A stretch of DNA of 64,000 nt from an uncultured Lachnospiraceae bacterium (GCA_946534785.1 CAMNCY010000001.1:9456-73455); one strand, 5' to 3'. Shown: positions 1-10,289, counted from the stretch's first letter. The notes: generated by a model not told the origin, from the letters alone. Translations and numbers: made by a program.

Positions 1-1
1 C

Positions 2-172
2 GACGAGCGGCTCACGAGCGTGGAAGCGGACGAGATGCTCGCCCGCATGCGGATTCCCAGAGAAGATCGGAAACAGTACATGGATCAGCTGGCGGCAGGC
101 GTGATCCTCCAGGAATACCTGGAAAATCACAGGAAAGAAATAGCAGAAATTGACAGTAAAAGAGAAAAATGA
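2..172 (+). CDS. ruvX: Holliday junction resolvase-like RuvX/YqgF, 3' end (partial)
   Basis: Frame 2 reads DERLTSVEADEMLARMRIPREDRKQYMDQLAAGVILQEYLE, containing the DERL(T/S)S and D..AA..ILQ.YL YqgF motifs. TGA at 170-172. Usual position upstream of rnj/mltG. Confidence 0.9.
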   Translation, partial: DERLTSVEADEMLARMRIPREDRKQYMDQLAAGVILQEYLENHRKEIAEIDSKREK

Positions 173-1832
173 AATCAGACAGGAGACCATGGAAGGTCTC
201 CGCATTATTCCGCTTGGCGGTCTGGAACAGATCGGCATGAATATAACGGTCCTGGAATATGACGACAGCATTATCGTCATAGACTGCGGACTTGCCTTTC
301 CGGAGGATGACATGTTCGGTATCGATATGGTGATACCGGACGTTACTTATCTGGAGGAAAACATCGACAAGGTCAAGGGCTTTGTCATCACCCACGGGCA
401 CGAGGATCATATCGGCGCCCTGCCCTATGTCCTGCAGAAGGTCAACGTGCCGGTCTATGGCACGCGGCTTACCATGGGCATCATCGAGCACAAGCTCTCG
501 GAGCATGGCCTTCTGGATACCACGACGCGTGTCGTCGTGCAGTTCGGGCAGACCGTGAATCTCGGAAAATTCCGTGTGGAATTCATCAAAACAAATCACA
601 GCATCGTAGACGCCGCCGCCCTTGCCATTTATTCGCCGGTGGGCGTTGTCGTGCATACGGGCGATTTCAAGGTGGATTACACGCCGGTCTACGGTGATGC
701 CATCGACCTGCAGAGATTTGCGCAGCTGGGAAAGAACGGCGTCCTGGCGCTCATGTGCGATTCCACGAATGCGGAACGCCCGGGCTATACACAGTCGGAG
801 CGTACGGTAGGCGTAACGATCGACCGGCTTTTTGCCGAGCATAAGGATACGCGCATCATCATTTCGACCTTTGCCTCCAATGTGGACAGGGTGCAGCAGA
901 TCATCAATTCTTCCTATAAATATGGAAGAAAGGTCGTGGTGGAAGGCCGCAGCATGGTCAATATCATCAAGACCGCATCGGAACTCGGCTGCCTTAACGT
1001 ACCGGAGAGGACCCTGATCGATATTGACGAGCTGAAGAACTATCCGGAGAACAAAACGACGATCATCACCACGGGATCCCAGGGAGAGAGCATGGCCGCC
1101 CTGACCCGCATGGCAGAGGATACCCACCGCAAGATCAAGATCGGCCCCGGCGATACGATCATCTTTTCTTCCCATCCCATCCCCGGGAATGAGAAATCCG
1201 TTACGAATGTCATCAACAAGCTTCTGATCAAAGGAGCGGATGTTGTTTTCCAGGATGTCCATGTCTCCGGGCATCCTTGCCAGGAAGAGCTCAAGCTCAT
1301 CTATTCCCTGGTACAGCCCCGGTATGCGATCCCGGTCCACGGCGAATACCGGCACCTCATCGCGCAGTCCAAGATCGCCCGCGACCTGGGGATCAGCAAG
1401 GACAATATCTTCATCATGCGTTCGGGCGATGTCCTGACGCTGGATCAGAAGAAGGCGGAGATCACCGGAAGTGTGATCACGGGGACCCTTCTGGTGGACG
1501 GGCTGGGTGTCGGCGATGTCGGAAACGCGGTGCTGCATGACCGTCAGCACCTTGCCGAAGACGGTATCGTGATCGTGGCCTTCACGATGGAAGGCGATGC
1601 CATCGTTGCAGGACCGGAGATCACGTCCCGCGGCTTTGTCTACATAAAGGAAGCGGATGAGCTGATGCAGGAAGCGGTGGAAGTCGCAAAAGATGCACTT
1701 TTCCGGTACCTGGACAAAGGCGTCAGCGACAGGAACCGCCTGAAGGCCTCCGTAAAGGACGCACTCGGAGACTTTTTCTGGAAGACTTACAAAAGGCGTC
1801 CGATGGTGCTGGCCCTGATCCTGGAGCTGTAA
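150..1832 (+). CDS. rnj: Ribonuclease J (alternative start ATG 189)
   Basis: PLGGLEQIGMN, THGHEDHIG metallo-beta-lactamase motif, TGSQGE, HVSGH, PVHGE. Confidence 0.95.
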   Translation: MTVKEKNEIRQETMEGLRIIPLGGLEQIGMNITVLEYDDSIIVIDCGLAFPEDDMFGIDMVIPDVTYLEENIDKVKGFVITHGHEDHIGALPYVLQKVNVPVYGTRLTMGIIEHKLSEHGLLDTTTRVVVQFGQTVNLGKFRVEFIKTNHSIVDAAALAIYSPVGVVVHTGDFKVDYTPVYGDAIDLQRFAQLGKNGVLALMCDSTNAERPGYTQSERTVGVTIDRLFAEHKDTRIIISTFASNVDRVQQIINSSYKYGRKVVVEGRSMVNIIKTASELGCLNVPERTLIDIDELKNYPENKTTIITTGSQGESMAALTRMAEDTHRKIKIGPGDTIIFSSHPIPGNEKSVTNVINKLLIKGADVVFQDVHVSGHPCQEELKLIYSLVQPRYAIPVHGEYRHLIAQSKIARDLGISKDNIFIMRSGDVLTLDQKKAEITGSVITGTLLVDGLGVGDVGNAVLHDRQHLAEDGIVIVAFTMEGDAIVAGPEITSRGFVYIKEADELMQEAVEVAKDALFRYLDKGVSDRNRLKASVKDALGDFFWKTYKRRPMVLALILEL

Positions 1833-1854
1833 GAGGCGACCGTAAGGAGGAAGA

Positions 1855-2307
1855 ATGCAAACCGTCCGAAAGAAAAAAGCCGCCGGCCACGCTTCCCGGC
1901 CGAAGAGGGAAGGACTGGGCGACAGGCAATCGATCCTGGATCACGTCGGGACCGTGGTAAAATATATTCTTCTCGTTATCCTGCTGATGTATTTTGTCAG
2001 CCTGGCCCATAAGGCGTATGATATCGGGTATGCCGTATTTTCCCAGACAGCGGCGGATGTGCCCGAAAACGCCGTAAAGGTGCAGATCGAGATCAAGGAA
2101 GGCATGTCCGTATCCCAGGTGGCGAAGCTCCTGAAGGAGAGCGGCATTATCCGTGATGCGGACATTTTCCGCTACCAGGAGAGGGTCTCCTCTTATCACG
2201 GAATGATCAGTCCCGGCGTTTATACGCTTTCCTCCGACATGAAGCCGGAAGAGATACTGGAAGTACTTGCACAGAATTATAACAGCGGGGAGGACGAAGA
2301 TGGATGA
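1855..2307 (+). CDS. Short MltG/YceG-like membrane protein (TM plus N-terminal LysM-like subdomain only)
   Basis: One TM helix, then IKEGMSVSQVAKLLKESGII...PGVYTLSSDMKPEEILEVL, resembling the MltG N-terminus. Syntenic with mltG(yrrL)-trmR. Only 150 aa. Confidence 0.7.
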   Translation: MQTVRKKKAAGHASRPKREGLGDRQSILDHVGTVVKYILLVILLMYFVSLAHKAYDIGYAVFSQTAADVPENAVKVQIEIKEGMSVSQVAKLLKESGIIRDADIFRYQERVSSYHGMISPGVYTLSSDMKPEEILEVLAQNYNSGEDEDG

Positions 2308-2947
2308 CCGGGGAGACAGTCTCCTGGCCTTTATCGAATCTCAGACGTCCCGGAACCCGGATCTTATTATGGAAATGGAAAAGGAGGCACTGGAAGAAGG
2401 GATCCCGATCATTCGGCCCATGACCCAGAGCCTCATTAAATTTCTGCTGGAGATGAAAAAACCGCAGAAGATCCTTGAAGTGGGGACGGGAACGGGCTTT
2501 TCCGCTTCCCTGATGCATGTATTTGCGCCGGAGGCCGGGATAACGACGATCGAAAGGGATGAAGCAAGGATCCGAAGAGCAAAAGAGAATTTCGCAAAGC
2601 TTTCGGGAAAGCCCATAACGCTCCTTGAGGGCGATGCGGCCGATATCCTGAAGGAGCTTCCCGCAGGGTATGATCTGATCTTCATGGATGCGGCCAAGGG
2701 ACAGTACATTCATTTTTACGACGAAGTGAAGCGCCTTCTTCTTCCCGGCGCGGTCCTGATCAGCGACAACATTTTCAAGGAGGGCGAGATCCCGGCTTCC
2801 CGGTTTGCCGTGAAGCGGAGGAACCGCACGATCCATAAGCGAATGAGAGAATACCTGGAAAGGCTGACCCGGGATCCGGAGCTTGTCACGATCCTTCTGC
2901 AGGAAGGAGACGGGGCGGCGCTTTCCGTCCGGAAAGAGCAGGAGTAA
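2300..2947 (+). CDS. trmR: O-methyltransferase, TrmR/YrrM-like (tRNA ho5U methyltransferase)
   Basis: ILEVGTGTGFS SAM motif, DLIFMDAAKGQY, SDNI. Adjacent to U32 gene. Confidence 0.8.
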   Translation: MDDRGDSLLAFIESQTSRNPDLIMEMEKEALEEGIPIIRPMTQSLIKFLLEMKKPQKILEVGTGTGFSASLMHVFAPEAGITTIERDEARIRRAKENFAKLSGKPITLLEGDAADILKELPAGYDLIFMDAAKGQYIHFYDEVKRLLLPGAVLISDNIFKEGEIPASRFAVKRRNRTIHKRMREYLERLTRDPELVTILLQEGDGAALSVRKEQE

Positions 2948-2957
2948 GATACGCAGA

Positions 2958-4220
2958 ATGCCTGAAAGAAACGTAAGAAGACCGGAACTTCTGTGTCCGG
3001 CAAAAGACCTGGAGGTCTTAAAGACCGCCGTCCTTTTCGGGGCGGATGCTGTCTATATCGGCGGAGAGGCCTACGGGCTTCGGGCAAAGGCCCGGAATTT
3101 CTCTCCGAAGGATATGGAGGAAGGGATCCGGTACGCCCATGAAAGGGGTGTTAAGGTCTATGTGACCGCCAACATCCTGGCGCATGAAAGAGACCTTGCG
3201 GGAGCGGCGGAATACTTCCGCGAGCTGGAACGGCTCCGGCCGGATGCGGTCCTTGTCGCAGATCCCGGCATGTTCCTCCTGGCCAAAGAAAACTGCCCGG
3301 ATGTGGAGATCCACATCTCCACCCAGGCCAACAATACCAATCACGGGACCTTCCGTTTCTGGAAGGAGCTGGGCGCATCCCGCGTCGTGTGCGCGAGGGA
3401 GCTTTCCATGGAAGAGATCGCCGAAATCCGGCGTGAGCTTACAGATCCCGCAACGGGCATGCCGTCCATGGAGATGGAAGCCTTCGTCCATGGTGCCATG
3501 TGCATCTCCTATTCGGGAAGGTGCCTTCTGTCCAATTATTTTACCGGACGGGATGCGAACCACGGAGAATGCACACATCCCTGCCGCTGGAAATATGCGG
3601 TCGCCGAAGAGTCCCGGCCGGGAGAATACCTCCCCATAGAAGAAAACGAACGCGGGACCTTCATTTTCAATTCCCGGGATCTTTGCATGATCGAATATAT
3701 CCCGGAGCTTGTGAAAGCCGGCGTCGACAGCTTTAAGATCGAAGGCCGGATGAAGACGGCCCTGTATGTGGCCGCGGTCGCAAGGACCTACCGGATGGCC
3801 ATCGACGATTACCTGGAAAGCGAAGAAAAATACAGGCAGAACATCCCCCTGTACATGGAAGAGATCCGCAAGTGCACCTACCGGCGCTTTACCACCGGCT
3901 TTTATTTCGGAAGACCGAATGAAGATTCCATGGTCTATGACAGCAATACGTATGTGAGCGAAGCGGTATGGCTCGGGATCGCGGAGGATGTAAGGGAAGA
4001 CGGACGCATCCTGATCACTCAGAGGAACAAGTTCTGCACGGGAGACGAGATCGAGATCATGAAGCCGGACGGGCGGGATATTCCCTGCCGCGTCTTAAGT
4101 ATACAGACGGAAGCGGGAGAAGAAGCCATGAGCGCTCCGCATCCGAAGGAAAAGCTTTATATTTTACTGGACCGGCCTGCCGAAACGGGCGATATTTTAA
4201 GAACCTGCCAGAAAGGATGA
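2958..4220 (+). CDS. Peptidase U32 family protein (TrhP/YrrO-like tRNA hydroxylation)
   Basis: PELLCPA, GADAVYIG, HGAMCISYSGRCLLS...GECTHPCR Cys motif, KIEGRMK. Confidence 0.9.
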   Translation: MPERNVRRPELLCPAKDLEVLKTAVLFGADAVYIGGEAYGLRAKARNFSPKDMEEGIRYAHERGVKVYVTANILAHERDLAGAAEYFRELERLRPDAVLVADPGMFLLAKENCPDVEIHISTQANNTNHGTFRFWKELGASRVVCARELSMEEIAEIRRELTDPATGMPSMEMEAFVHGAMCISYSGRCLLSNYFTGRDANHGECTHPCRWKYAVAEESRPGEYLPIEENERGTFIFNSRDLCMIEYIPELVKAGVDSFKIEGRMKTALYVAAVARTYRMAIDDYLESEEKYRQNIPLYMEEIRKCTYRRFTTGFYFGRPNEDSMVYDSNTYVSEAVWLGIAEDVREDGRILITQRNKFCTGDEIEIMKPDGRDIPCRVLSIQTEAGEEAMSAPHPKEKLYILLDRPAETGDILRTCQKG

Positions 4221-4228
4221 AGACCCGA

Positions 4229-6340
4229 ATGAGCGACATTATCAAGGTGGAAGAGCTGTACGGCAAAAACGTGTTTACCCTCAGCAAAATGAAGGAGCGC
4301 CTACCCAAGAGCGTTTTCCGGAATGTCCGGAGCGTCATGTTAAATGGCGGAGAGCTTTCCTTATCTGACGCAGACGTGATCGCCAAGGCCATGAAGGACT
4401 GGGCCATGGAGAACGGCGCAACGCACTACACACACTGGTTCCAGCCGCTGACGGGCATTACGGCGGAGAAGCACGACGCATTCGTCTCAACGCCCGATGA
4501 AGAAGGCCACATGGTGACGGCCTTTACGGGAAGGGACCTGATCAAGGGAGAACCGGACGCTTCCTCCTTCCCTTCCGGAGGACTCCGTTCTACCTTTGAA
4601 GCGCGCGGATATACGGCCTGGGACGTTACTTCGCCCGCATTCCTGAAGGAATCGGGAACAGGCGTCACGCTGTGTATCCCCACCGCATTCTGTTCCTACA
4701 CGGGAGAGGCCCTGGACAAGAAGACGCCTCTTCTTCGTTCCATGGAAGCAATCAGCACCCAGGCGCTCAGGATCGTGCGCCTTTTCGGGGATGTGCAGTC
4801 CCGGAAGGTCATGACCTCCACGGGTGCCGAACAGGAATACTTCCTAGTGGATAAAAAGAAATACCTCAAACGCACGGATCTTATTTTTACGGGGCGGACC
4901 CTTTTCGGTGCACCGGCGCCGAAGGGACAGGAAATGGAAGACCACTATTTCGGCGTGATCCGGGAGAGAGTCGGCCAGTATATGAAGGACCTGAACGTCG
5001 AACTCTGGAAGCTGGGCGTTCCCGCCAAGACGCAGCACAATGAAGTCGCACCCGGCCAGCATGAGCTTGCGCCGATCTATGAAACGGCAAACCTGGCCGC
5101 GGATCACAACCAGCTCATCATGGAAGCCATGAAGCGGGTGGCGGATCATCATGAGCTGCGCGTTCTGCTGCATGAAAAGCCTTTCGCGGGCGTGAACGGG
5201 TCCGGCAAGCACAACAACTGGTCGCTGACGACGGACAGGGGAGAGAATCTCCTGGATCCCGGCGATTCCCCGGAGCGGAACGTACGCTTTCTCCTGATCC
5301 TTGCCTGCATCCTGCGGGCCGTGGATATCCATGCGGATCTTCTGCGCCAGAGCGCTTCCGACGTCGGGAACGACCTGCGCCTCGGCGCCAATGAGGCACC
5401 GCCCGCCATCGTTTCCGTCTTCCTGGGAAGACAGCTGGAGGACGTGGTGAAGCAGCTGGTGGAGACCGGTACGGCGGACAGTCATATCGAGGGCGGGATC
5501 TTAAGGACCGGCGTGTCCACGCTTCCCGATATCGCCAAGGACGCCACGGACCGCAACCGCACATCGCCCTTTGCCTTTACCGGCAATAAGTTCGAATTCC
5601 GTATGGTCGGATCCTCCGATTCGATCGCAGGATCCACGACGACCCTGAACGCCATTGTCGCGGAGACCTTCTGCGAAGCGGCGGACCGCCTGGAGGCGGC
5701 GGAGAATTTTGAACTTGCCGTCCATGACCTGATCAAGGAATACATGACAAAGCACCAGAGGATCGTCTTCGACGGAAACGGCTATTCACCCGAGTGGGTG
5801 GTGGAAGCCGAAAGAAGAGGACTTCCCAATATCAGCTGCATGATCGATGCGGCGGATGCTCTCACAACGGACAAGGCGGTCGCCCTGTTTGAAAAATTCG
5901 GCATTTTCAACCGTACCGAGCTGGAATCCCGCAAGGAGATCACCTTTGACACCTATGCCAAGACGATCAACATCGAAGCGCTGACCATGATCGATATGGC
6001 GGCCAAGCAGATCATTCCCGCCTGCATGAAATACGAAAGAGACCTGGCGGGCACGATCATAGCGGTCAAGGAAGCGGGTGCGGTGTTCCACGCGGAAAAC
6101 GAAAAGCTCCAGAAGATCGCGGATTACATCGACCAGGCCCAGATGGCCCTGGATGAGCTGCGCAGCAGGGAGAAGGAAGCATCAGAGATCGGGAACGTCC
6201 GGGAGAGGGCGTATTTCCATAAGGATGTGGTGGTACCTGCCATGCAGGCGCTCAGGACGCCCTGCGACAAGCTGGAAGCGATCGTCGACAAACAGTTCTG
6301 GCCCTTCCCTACCTATGAGGACCTGATGTTTGAAGTATAA
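4229..6340 (+). CDS. glnA: Glutamine synthetase type III
   Basis: ATHYTHWFQPLTG, EPDASSFPSGGLR, HEKPFAGVNGSGKHNNWS, DRNRTSPFAFTGNKFEFR; about 700 aa. Confidence 0.95.
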   Translation: MSDIIKVEELYGKNVFTLSKMKERLPKSVFRNVRSVMLNGGELSLSDADVIAKAMKDWAMENGATHYTHWFQPLTGITAEKHDAFVSTPDEEGHMVTAFTGRDLIKGEPDASSFPSGGLRSTFEARGYTAWDVTSPAFLKESGTGVTLCIPTAFCSYTGEALDKKTPLLRSMEAISTQALRIVRLFGDVQSRKVMTSTGAEQEYFLVDKKKYLKRTDLIFTGRTLFGAPAPKGQEMEDHYFGVIRERVGQYMKDLNVELWKLGVPAKTQHNEVAPGQHELAPIYETANLAADHNQLIMEAMKRVADHHELRVLLHEKPFAGVNGSGKHNNWSLTTDRGENLLDPGDSPERNVRFLLILACILRAVDIHADLLRQSASDVGNDLRLGANEAPPAIVSVFLGRQLEDVVKQLVETGTADSHIEGGILRTGVSTLPDIAKDATDRNRTSPFAFTGNKFEFRMVGSSDSIAGSTTTLNAIVAETFCEAADRLEAAENFELAVHDLIKEYMTKHQRIVFDGNGYSPEWVVEAERRGLPNISCMIDAADALTTDKAVALFEKFGIFNRTELESRKEITFDTYAKTINIEALTMIDMAAKQIIPACMKYERDLAGTIIAVKEAGAVFHAENEKLQKIADYIDQAQMALDELRSREKEASEIGNVRERAYFHKDVVVPAMQALRTPCDKLEAIVDKQFWPFPTYEDLMFEV

Positions 6341-6379
6341 CGAAACATAAAGAACGAAAAATTATTCGGAGGTTAATGT

Positions 6380-7738
6380 ATGCGGATCATAATTGTCGGC
6401 TGCGGTAAGGTCGGCAGGACCATTGCACAGAGACTGTGTAAAGAAGGACACGATATTGCTGTCATCGATAAGAGCAGCAAGGTGATCGAGAATATTACCG
6501 GAGAACTGGACGTCATGGGCGTTATCGGAAACGGCGCCAGCTATTCCGTGCAGTCGGATGCCGGGATCGAAGATACAGATCTTCTGATCGCGGCAACGGA
6601 TTCGGACGAACTGAATCTCCTGTGCTGCCTGTTCGCGAGAAAGGCAGGCAAATGCAACACCATCGCCCGTGTCCGCAGTCCCCTGTACAATGAAGAGATC
6701 GGATACATCAAAGAAGAACTGGGTCTTTCCATGATCGTCAATCCGGAATATGCGGCAGCAACGGAGATCTCCCGGCTCCTGCGGTTCCCTTCCGCCATCA
6801 AGATCGATACCTTTGCGAGAGGAAAAGTGGAACTTCTTCAGTTCGTGATCCCGAAGGATTCTCCCATCGCGGACAGCAGGATCATGGATATTCCCGCAAA
6901 GATCAGGGGAGAGGTCCTGATCTGTGCCGTCCAGAGAGGACAGAACGTGGAGATCCCCAACGGACAGTTCGTATTAAAGGGCGGCGATACGGTCAGTATC
7001 GTCTCCGAGCCCCTGAAGGCCCGTCCCTTCTTCAACAAGGTGGGGATCGATATCCGGAAGGTCCGCAATACGCTGATCGTCGGCGGCGGTACGGTCGCTT
7101 ATTATCTTGCCAAGATCCTGGAGGGCTCCGGCATCCAGGTAAGGATCCTGGAGAAGAGCATGGAGCGCTGCGAAGAGCTCAGTGCCCTCCTTCCCGAGGC
7201 GATCATCCTGAACGGGGATGCGCTGGATCACAACCTTCTGAAGGAAGAGGGCCTTGAGACCTGCGATTCCTTCGTAACACTGACGGGCATCGACGAGGAG
7301 AATATTTTCCTTTCCCTGTTCGCCCAGCAGAATAACCAGCGGGCCAAGATCATCACAAAGACGGACCGTATCGCTATTGATGAACTGATCGAGAAGTTCA
7401 ACCTCGGCAGTATGATCCATCCCAAGAACATCACGGCGGAGAATGTCGTCCGCTATGTCCGCGCCATGCAGAATTCCATCGGAAGCAACGTGGAAACGCT
7501 GTATAACATTGTGGAGAACAAGGCAGAAGCTCTGGAATTCATCATCAACGAGGATTCTCCCGTTGCAGGCATCCCGCTCTCGCAGCTGAAGATCAGGGAT
7601 AACGTCCTGATCGCCAGCATTTACCGGAGAGGGCATGTCATCATGCCGAACGGCCAGACAACGATCGCAGTCGGAGACAGTGTCGTAGTGGTTACCACGC
7701 ACAGGGGATTCCGGGATATCAGGGATATCCTGGCATGA
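6380..7738 (+). CDS. trkA: Trk potassium uptake protein TrkA (tandem RCK domains)
   Basis: Two Rossmann motifs, IIVGCGKVG and IVGGGTVA; 452 aa. Confidence 0.93.
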   Translation: MRIIIVGCGKVGRTIAQRLCKEGHDIAVIDKSSKVIENITGELDVMGVIGNGASYSVQSDAGIEDTDLLIAATDSDELNLLCCLFARKAGKCNTIARVRSPLYNEEIGYIKEELGLSMIVNPEYAAATEISRLLRFPSAIKIDTFARGKVELLQFVIPKDSPIADSRIMDIPAKIRGEVLICAVQRGQNVEIPNGQFVLKGGDTVSIVSEPLKARPFFNKVGIDIRKVRNTLIVGGGTVAYYLAKILEGSGIQVRILEKSMERCEELSALLPEAIILNGDALDHNLLKEEGLETCDSFVTLTGIDEENIFLSLFAQQNNQRAKIITKTDRIAIDELIEKFNLGSMIHPKNITAENVVRYVRAMQNSIGSNVETLYNIVENKAEALEFIINEDSPVAGIPLSQLKIRDNVLIASIYRRGHVIMPNGQTTIAVGDSVVVVTTHRGFRDIRDILA

Positions 7739-7757
7739 CCTGCGGGGAGAATTCATC

Positions 7758-9200
7758 ATGCATTATTCAATAGTACGATATATTCTGGGACAGGTCCTTC
7801 AGGTGGAGTCCGCCCTGCTGATCCTGCCCTTTGTAACAGGTCTCATCTACCGGGAACAGGAGGCATTCTCCTTCCTGGTCATGGCCCTTGCCTGCCTGGG
7901 CTTAGGTGCGCTCATGAAACTGAAGAAACCGGAGCAGATGGTCTTCTACGCAAGAGAAGCCATCACCTGCGTTGCCCTGAGCTGGATCATGATCAGTATT
8001 TTCGGGGCGCTCCCCTTTGTCATCAACGGGGATATCCCGTCCTTTACCGACGCCCTGTTCGAGACCATTTCCGGCTTTACCACGACGGGAGCGAGCATCC
8101 TTCCCGTCGTAGAAGACCTTTCCCATGCTTCCCTGATCTGGAGGAGCTTTACCCACTGGGTCGGCGGTATGGGCGTCATCGTATTCATGCTGGCCATCGT
8201 TCCCATGACGGGCGGCTATAATGCCCAGCTCATGAAGGCGGAAAGCCCGGGCCCCACCTTCGGAAAACTGGTGCCCAAGCTTAAGGACAGTGCCATGATC
8301 CTGTATCTGATCTACATCGTCATGACACTGATACAGATCGTGCTCCTGTGCCTTGCCGGCATGCCCCTGTTCGATTCCCTGTGCATGTCTTTCGGCTCCG
8401 CGGGTACCGGAGGTTTCGGCATTACGGGTGCCAGCGCCGGCGGTTACACCATGCTCCAGCAGGGGATCATCACCGTCTTTATCATTATGTTCGGCGTCAA
8501 CTTCAATGCCTACTACCTGATCGTAGGCCGCAATTTCAAGGATGCCTTCAGGATGGAAGAGGTGCGCTGGTACCTTCTGATCATTGCGTCGGCCGTGGTC
8601 CTGATCACCTCCAATGTAAGAAGTTTCTTTGATTCCTGGTTCGAGGCATTCCACCATACGATCTTCCAGGTGGCCTCCATTATTACGACTACGGGATACA
8701 GTACGGTCGACTTCAACCAGTGGCCGGATTTCTCCCGCTGCATCCTGGTGACGCTGATGTTCATCGGCGCCTGCGCAGGCAGTACGGGCGGCGGCATCAA
8801 GGTCTCCCGTATCGTGATCCTGCTCAAATCCTTCCGGCAGCAGGTCATGGAGTACATCCATCCCAGAAGCGTCACGACGATCGAATTTGACGGCAGGCCG
8901 GTGGAGAAGAACGTGGTTCGCAGCATCAGCGCATACCTTGCGACCTTTGTCATGATCTTCGCGATCTCCATGCTGATCCTGTCCATGGACCACAATTCGG
9001 ATCTTCTTTCCGGATTCACGGCGGTGGCGGCGACCTTCAACAACATCGGGCCGGGCCTGGACAAAGTAGGGCCGATGGCCAACTACGGAGGACTTTCCGT
9101 CCTTTCCAAATATACGCTGATGTTCGACATGCTGGCGGGAAGACTGGAGCTGTATCCCATGATCATCCTTCTGTTCCCCCGTGTCTGGAAAAGGAACTGA
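7758..9200 (+). CDS. trkH: Trk potassium uptake membrane protein TrkH
   Basis: SGFTTTGAS, TTTGY, GACAGSTGGGIK, NNIGPGL, GRLEL pore motifs. Confidence 0.95.
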   Translation: MHYSIVRYILGQVLQVESALLILPFVTGLIYREQEAFSFLVMALACLGLGALMKLKKPEQMVFYAREAITCVALSWIMISIFGALPFVINGDIPSFTDALFETISGFTTTGASILPVVEDLSHASLIWRSFTHWVGGMGVIVFMLAIVPMTGGYNAQLMKAESPGPTFGKLVPKLKDSAMILYLIYIVMTLIQIVLLCLAGMPLFDSLCMSFGSAGTGGFGITGASAGGYTMLQQGIITVFIIMFGVNFNAYYLIVGRNFKDAFRMEEVRWYLLIIASAVVLITSNVRSFFDSWFEAFHHTIFQVASIITTTGYSTVDFNQWPDFSRCILVTLMFIGACAGSTGGGIKVSRIVILLKSFRQQVMEYIHPRSVTTIEFDGRPVEKNVVRSISAYLATFVMIFAISMLILSMDHNSDLLSGFTAVAATFNNIGPGLDKVGPMANYGGLSVLSKYTLMFDMLAGRLELYPMIILLFPRVWKRN

Positions 9201-9229
9201 AAAGCTTTTTCTTTTTTTTGAAAAAACAC

Positions 9230-9258
9230 TTGCATTCCGCGCACCGGTTTAGTATAAT
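9230..9258 (+). promoter_or_regulatory. sigma-A promoter of tRNA-Gln
   Basis: TTGCAT(9230-35)-17 nt-TATAAT(9253-58) with an A/T-rich upstream tract. A 13-bp leader hairpin follows at 9261-9296. Confidence 0.85.
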
Positions 9259-9300
9259 TCATGTTCGTAGCGGCGGGGTATGACTGCTGCGAACATATAT

Positions 9301-9373
9301 TGGGATATCGCCAAGCGGTAAGGCAACGGACTCTGACTCCGTCATTTCGTAGGTTCGAATCCTACTATCCCAG
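9301..9373 (+). tRNA. tRNA-Gln (anticodon CTG), CCA not encoded
   Basis: Acceptor stem TGGGATA/TATCCCA, D-arm GCCAAGCGGTAAGGC, anticodon arm ACGGA-CTCTGAC-TCCGT, T-arm GTAGG-TTCGAAT-CCTAC. Confidence 0.97.
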
Positions 9374-9382
9374 CTGACAGAG

Positions 9383-9423
9383 GGGACTTTTGGCTAGTTT
9401 TGCCAGAAGTCCTTATTTTATTT
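9383..9423 (+). terminator. Intrinsic terminator after tRNA-Gln
   Basis: GGACTTTTGGC/GCCAGAAGTCC stem followed by TTATTTTATTT. Confidence 0.75.
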
Positions 9424-9569
9424 CCGGTAGGCTTTCCGAACAGCACAGACAGATGAATAACCTTTTTTTATGGGAAGACACATATTTTTCACTGGTAATT
9501 TTCTGTGAGTTAATGCATAATAAAGCGACAAATTCTGAAGTTTGGCGGATACCGGGATAAGGGAGCGGA

Positions 9570-10289
9570 ATGTATACATTTGACAGCAGAGTACGATACA
9601 GCGAGACGGACCTGAACGGAGATCTTAAGATCGAAGCCCTGATGAATTATTTCCAGGACTGCTCCACATTCCAGTCAGAGGATCTGGGAGTCGGGATCGG
9701 GTACCTGCAGGAGAACCATGTGGCCTGGATGGTCATCTACTGGCAGATCGACATCCTGCGCCTTCCGAGGCTCGGGGAGAGGATCCGCATCGGGACTTCG
9801 CCCTATTCGATCAAAGGGATCATTGGCCTGCGTAATTTCATGATGGAGACCGCAGAAGGCGAGCGCCTTGTCAATGTCAATTCCGTATGGTCGCTGATCG
9901 ATATGGAAAAGCAGCTCCCGGTCAGGGTATTTCCTTCCATGGTGGAAAAATACGAGCTTTTCCCGAAGTTCGATATGGAATACACCTCCAGGAAGATCGT
10001 GGTCCCGGAGACAGACGGCAGGGCGCTGCCGCCTGTTGAAGTCACAGAGGAAATGCTGGACAGCAACCGCCATGTCAACAATGCACAGTATGTAAGGCTG
10101 GCGCAGGCACAGCTGTCGGAACACCAGAAGATCACGAGGATGCGTGTCGAGTACCTGAAACAGGCACATCTTGGCGATGGGATCTTCCCGGTCGTATACG
10201 GAGAAGAGACCGTGACGGTCGTCCTGAACGCACAGGACGGATCACCGTATTGCATCGTCCAGATGGAAGCCGGGGGCGGCACGGCATGA
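9570..10289 (+). CDS. Acyl-ACP thioesterase family (double hotdog)
   Basis: RVRYSETD, YFQDCSTFQSE, LDSNRHVNNAQY motif. Confidence 0.88.
   Translation: MYTFDSRVRYSETDLNGDLKIEALMNYFQDCSTFQSEDLGVGIGYLQENHVAWMVIYWQIDILRLPRLGERIRIGTSPYSIKGIIGLRNFMMETAEGERLVNVNSVWSLIDMEKQLPVRVFPSMVEKYELFPKFDMEYTSRKIVVPETDGRALPPVEVTEEMLDSNRHVNNAQYVRLAQAQLSEHQKITRMRVEYLKQAHLGDGIFPVVYGEETVTVVLNAQDGSPYCIVQMEAGGGTA

Noticed and set aside
3968-4228. N-terminal extensions given by the ORF track for GSIII (likewise proS, uvrB, hup, U32)
   Set aside because: Upstream in-frame starts overlap neighbouring genes or promoters; downstream starts match family N-termini and mostly have a better RBS.
9301-9569. tRNA-Gln as an integration site for a genomic island
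   Set aside because: No integrase, no repeat of the tRNA 3' end noticed, and downstream genes are ordinary housekeeping genes.
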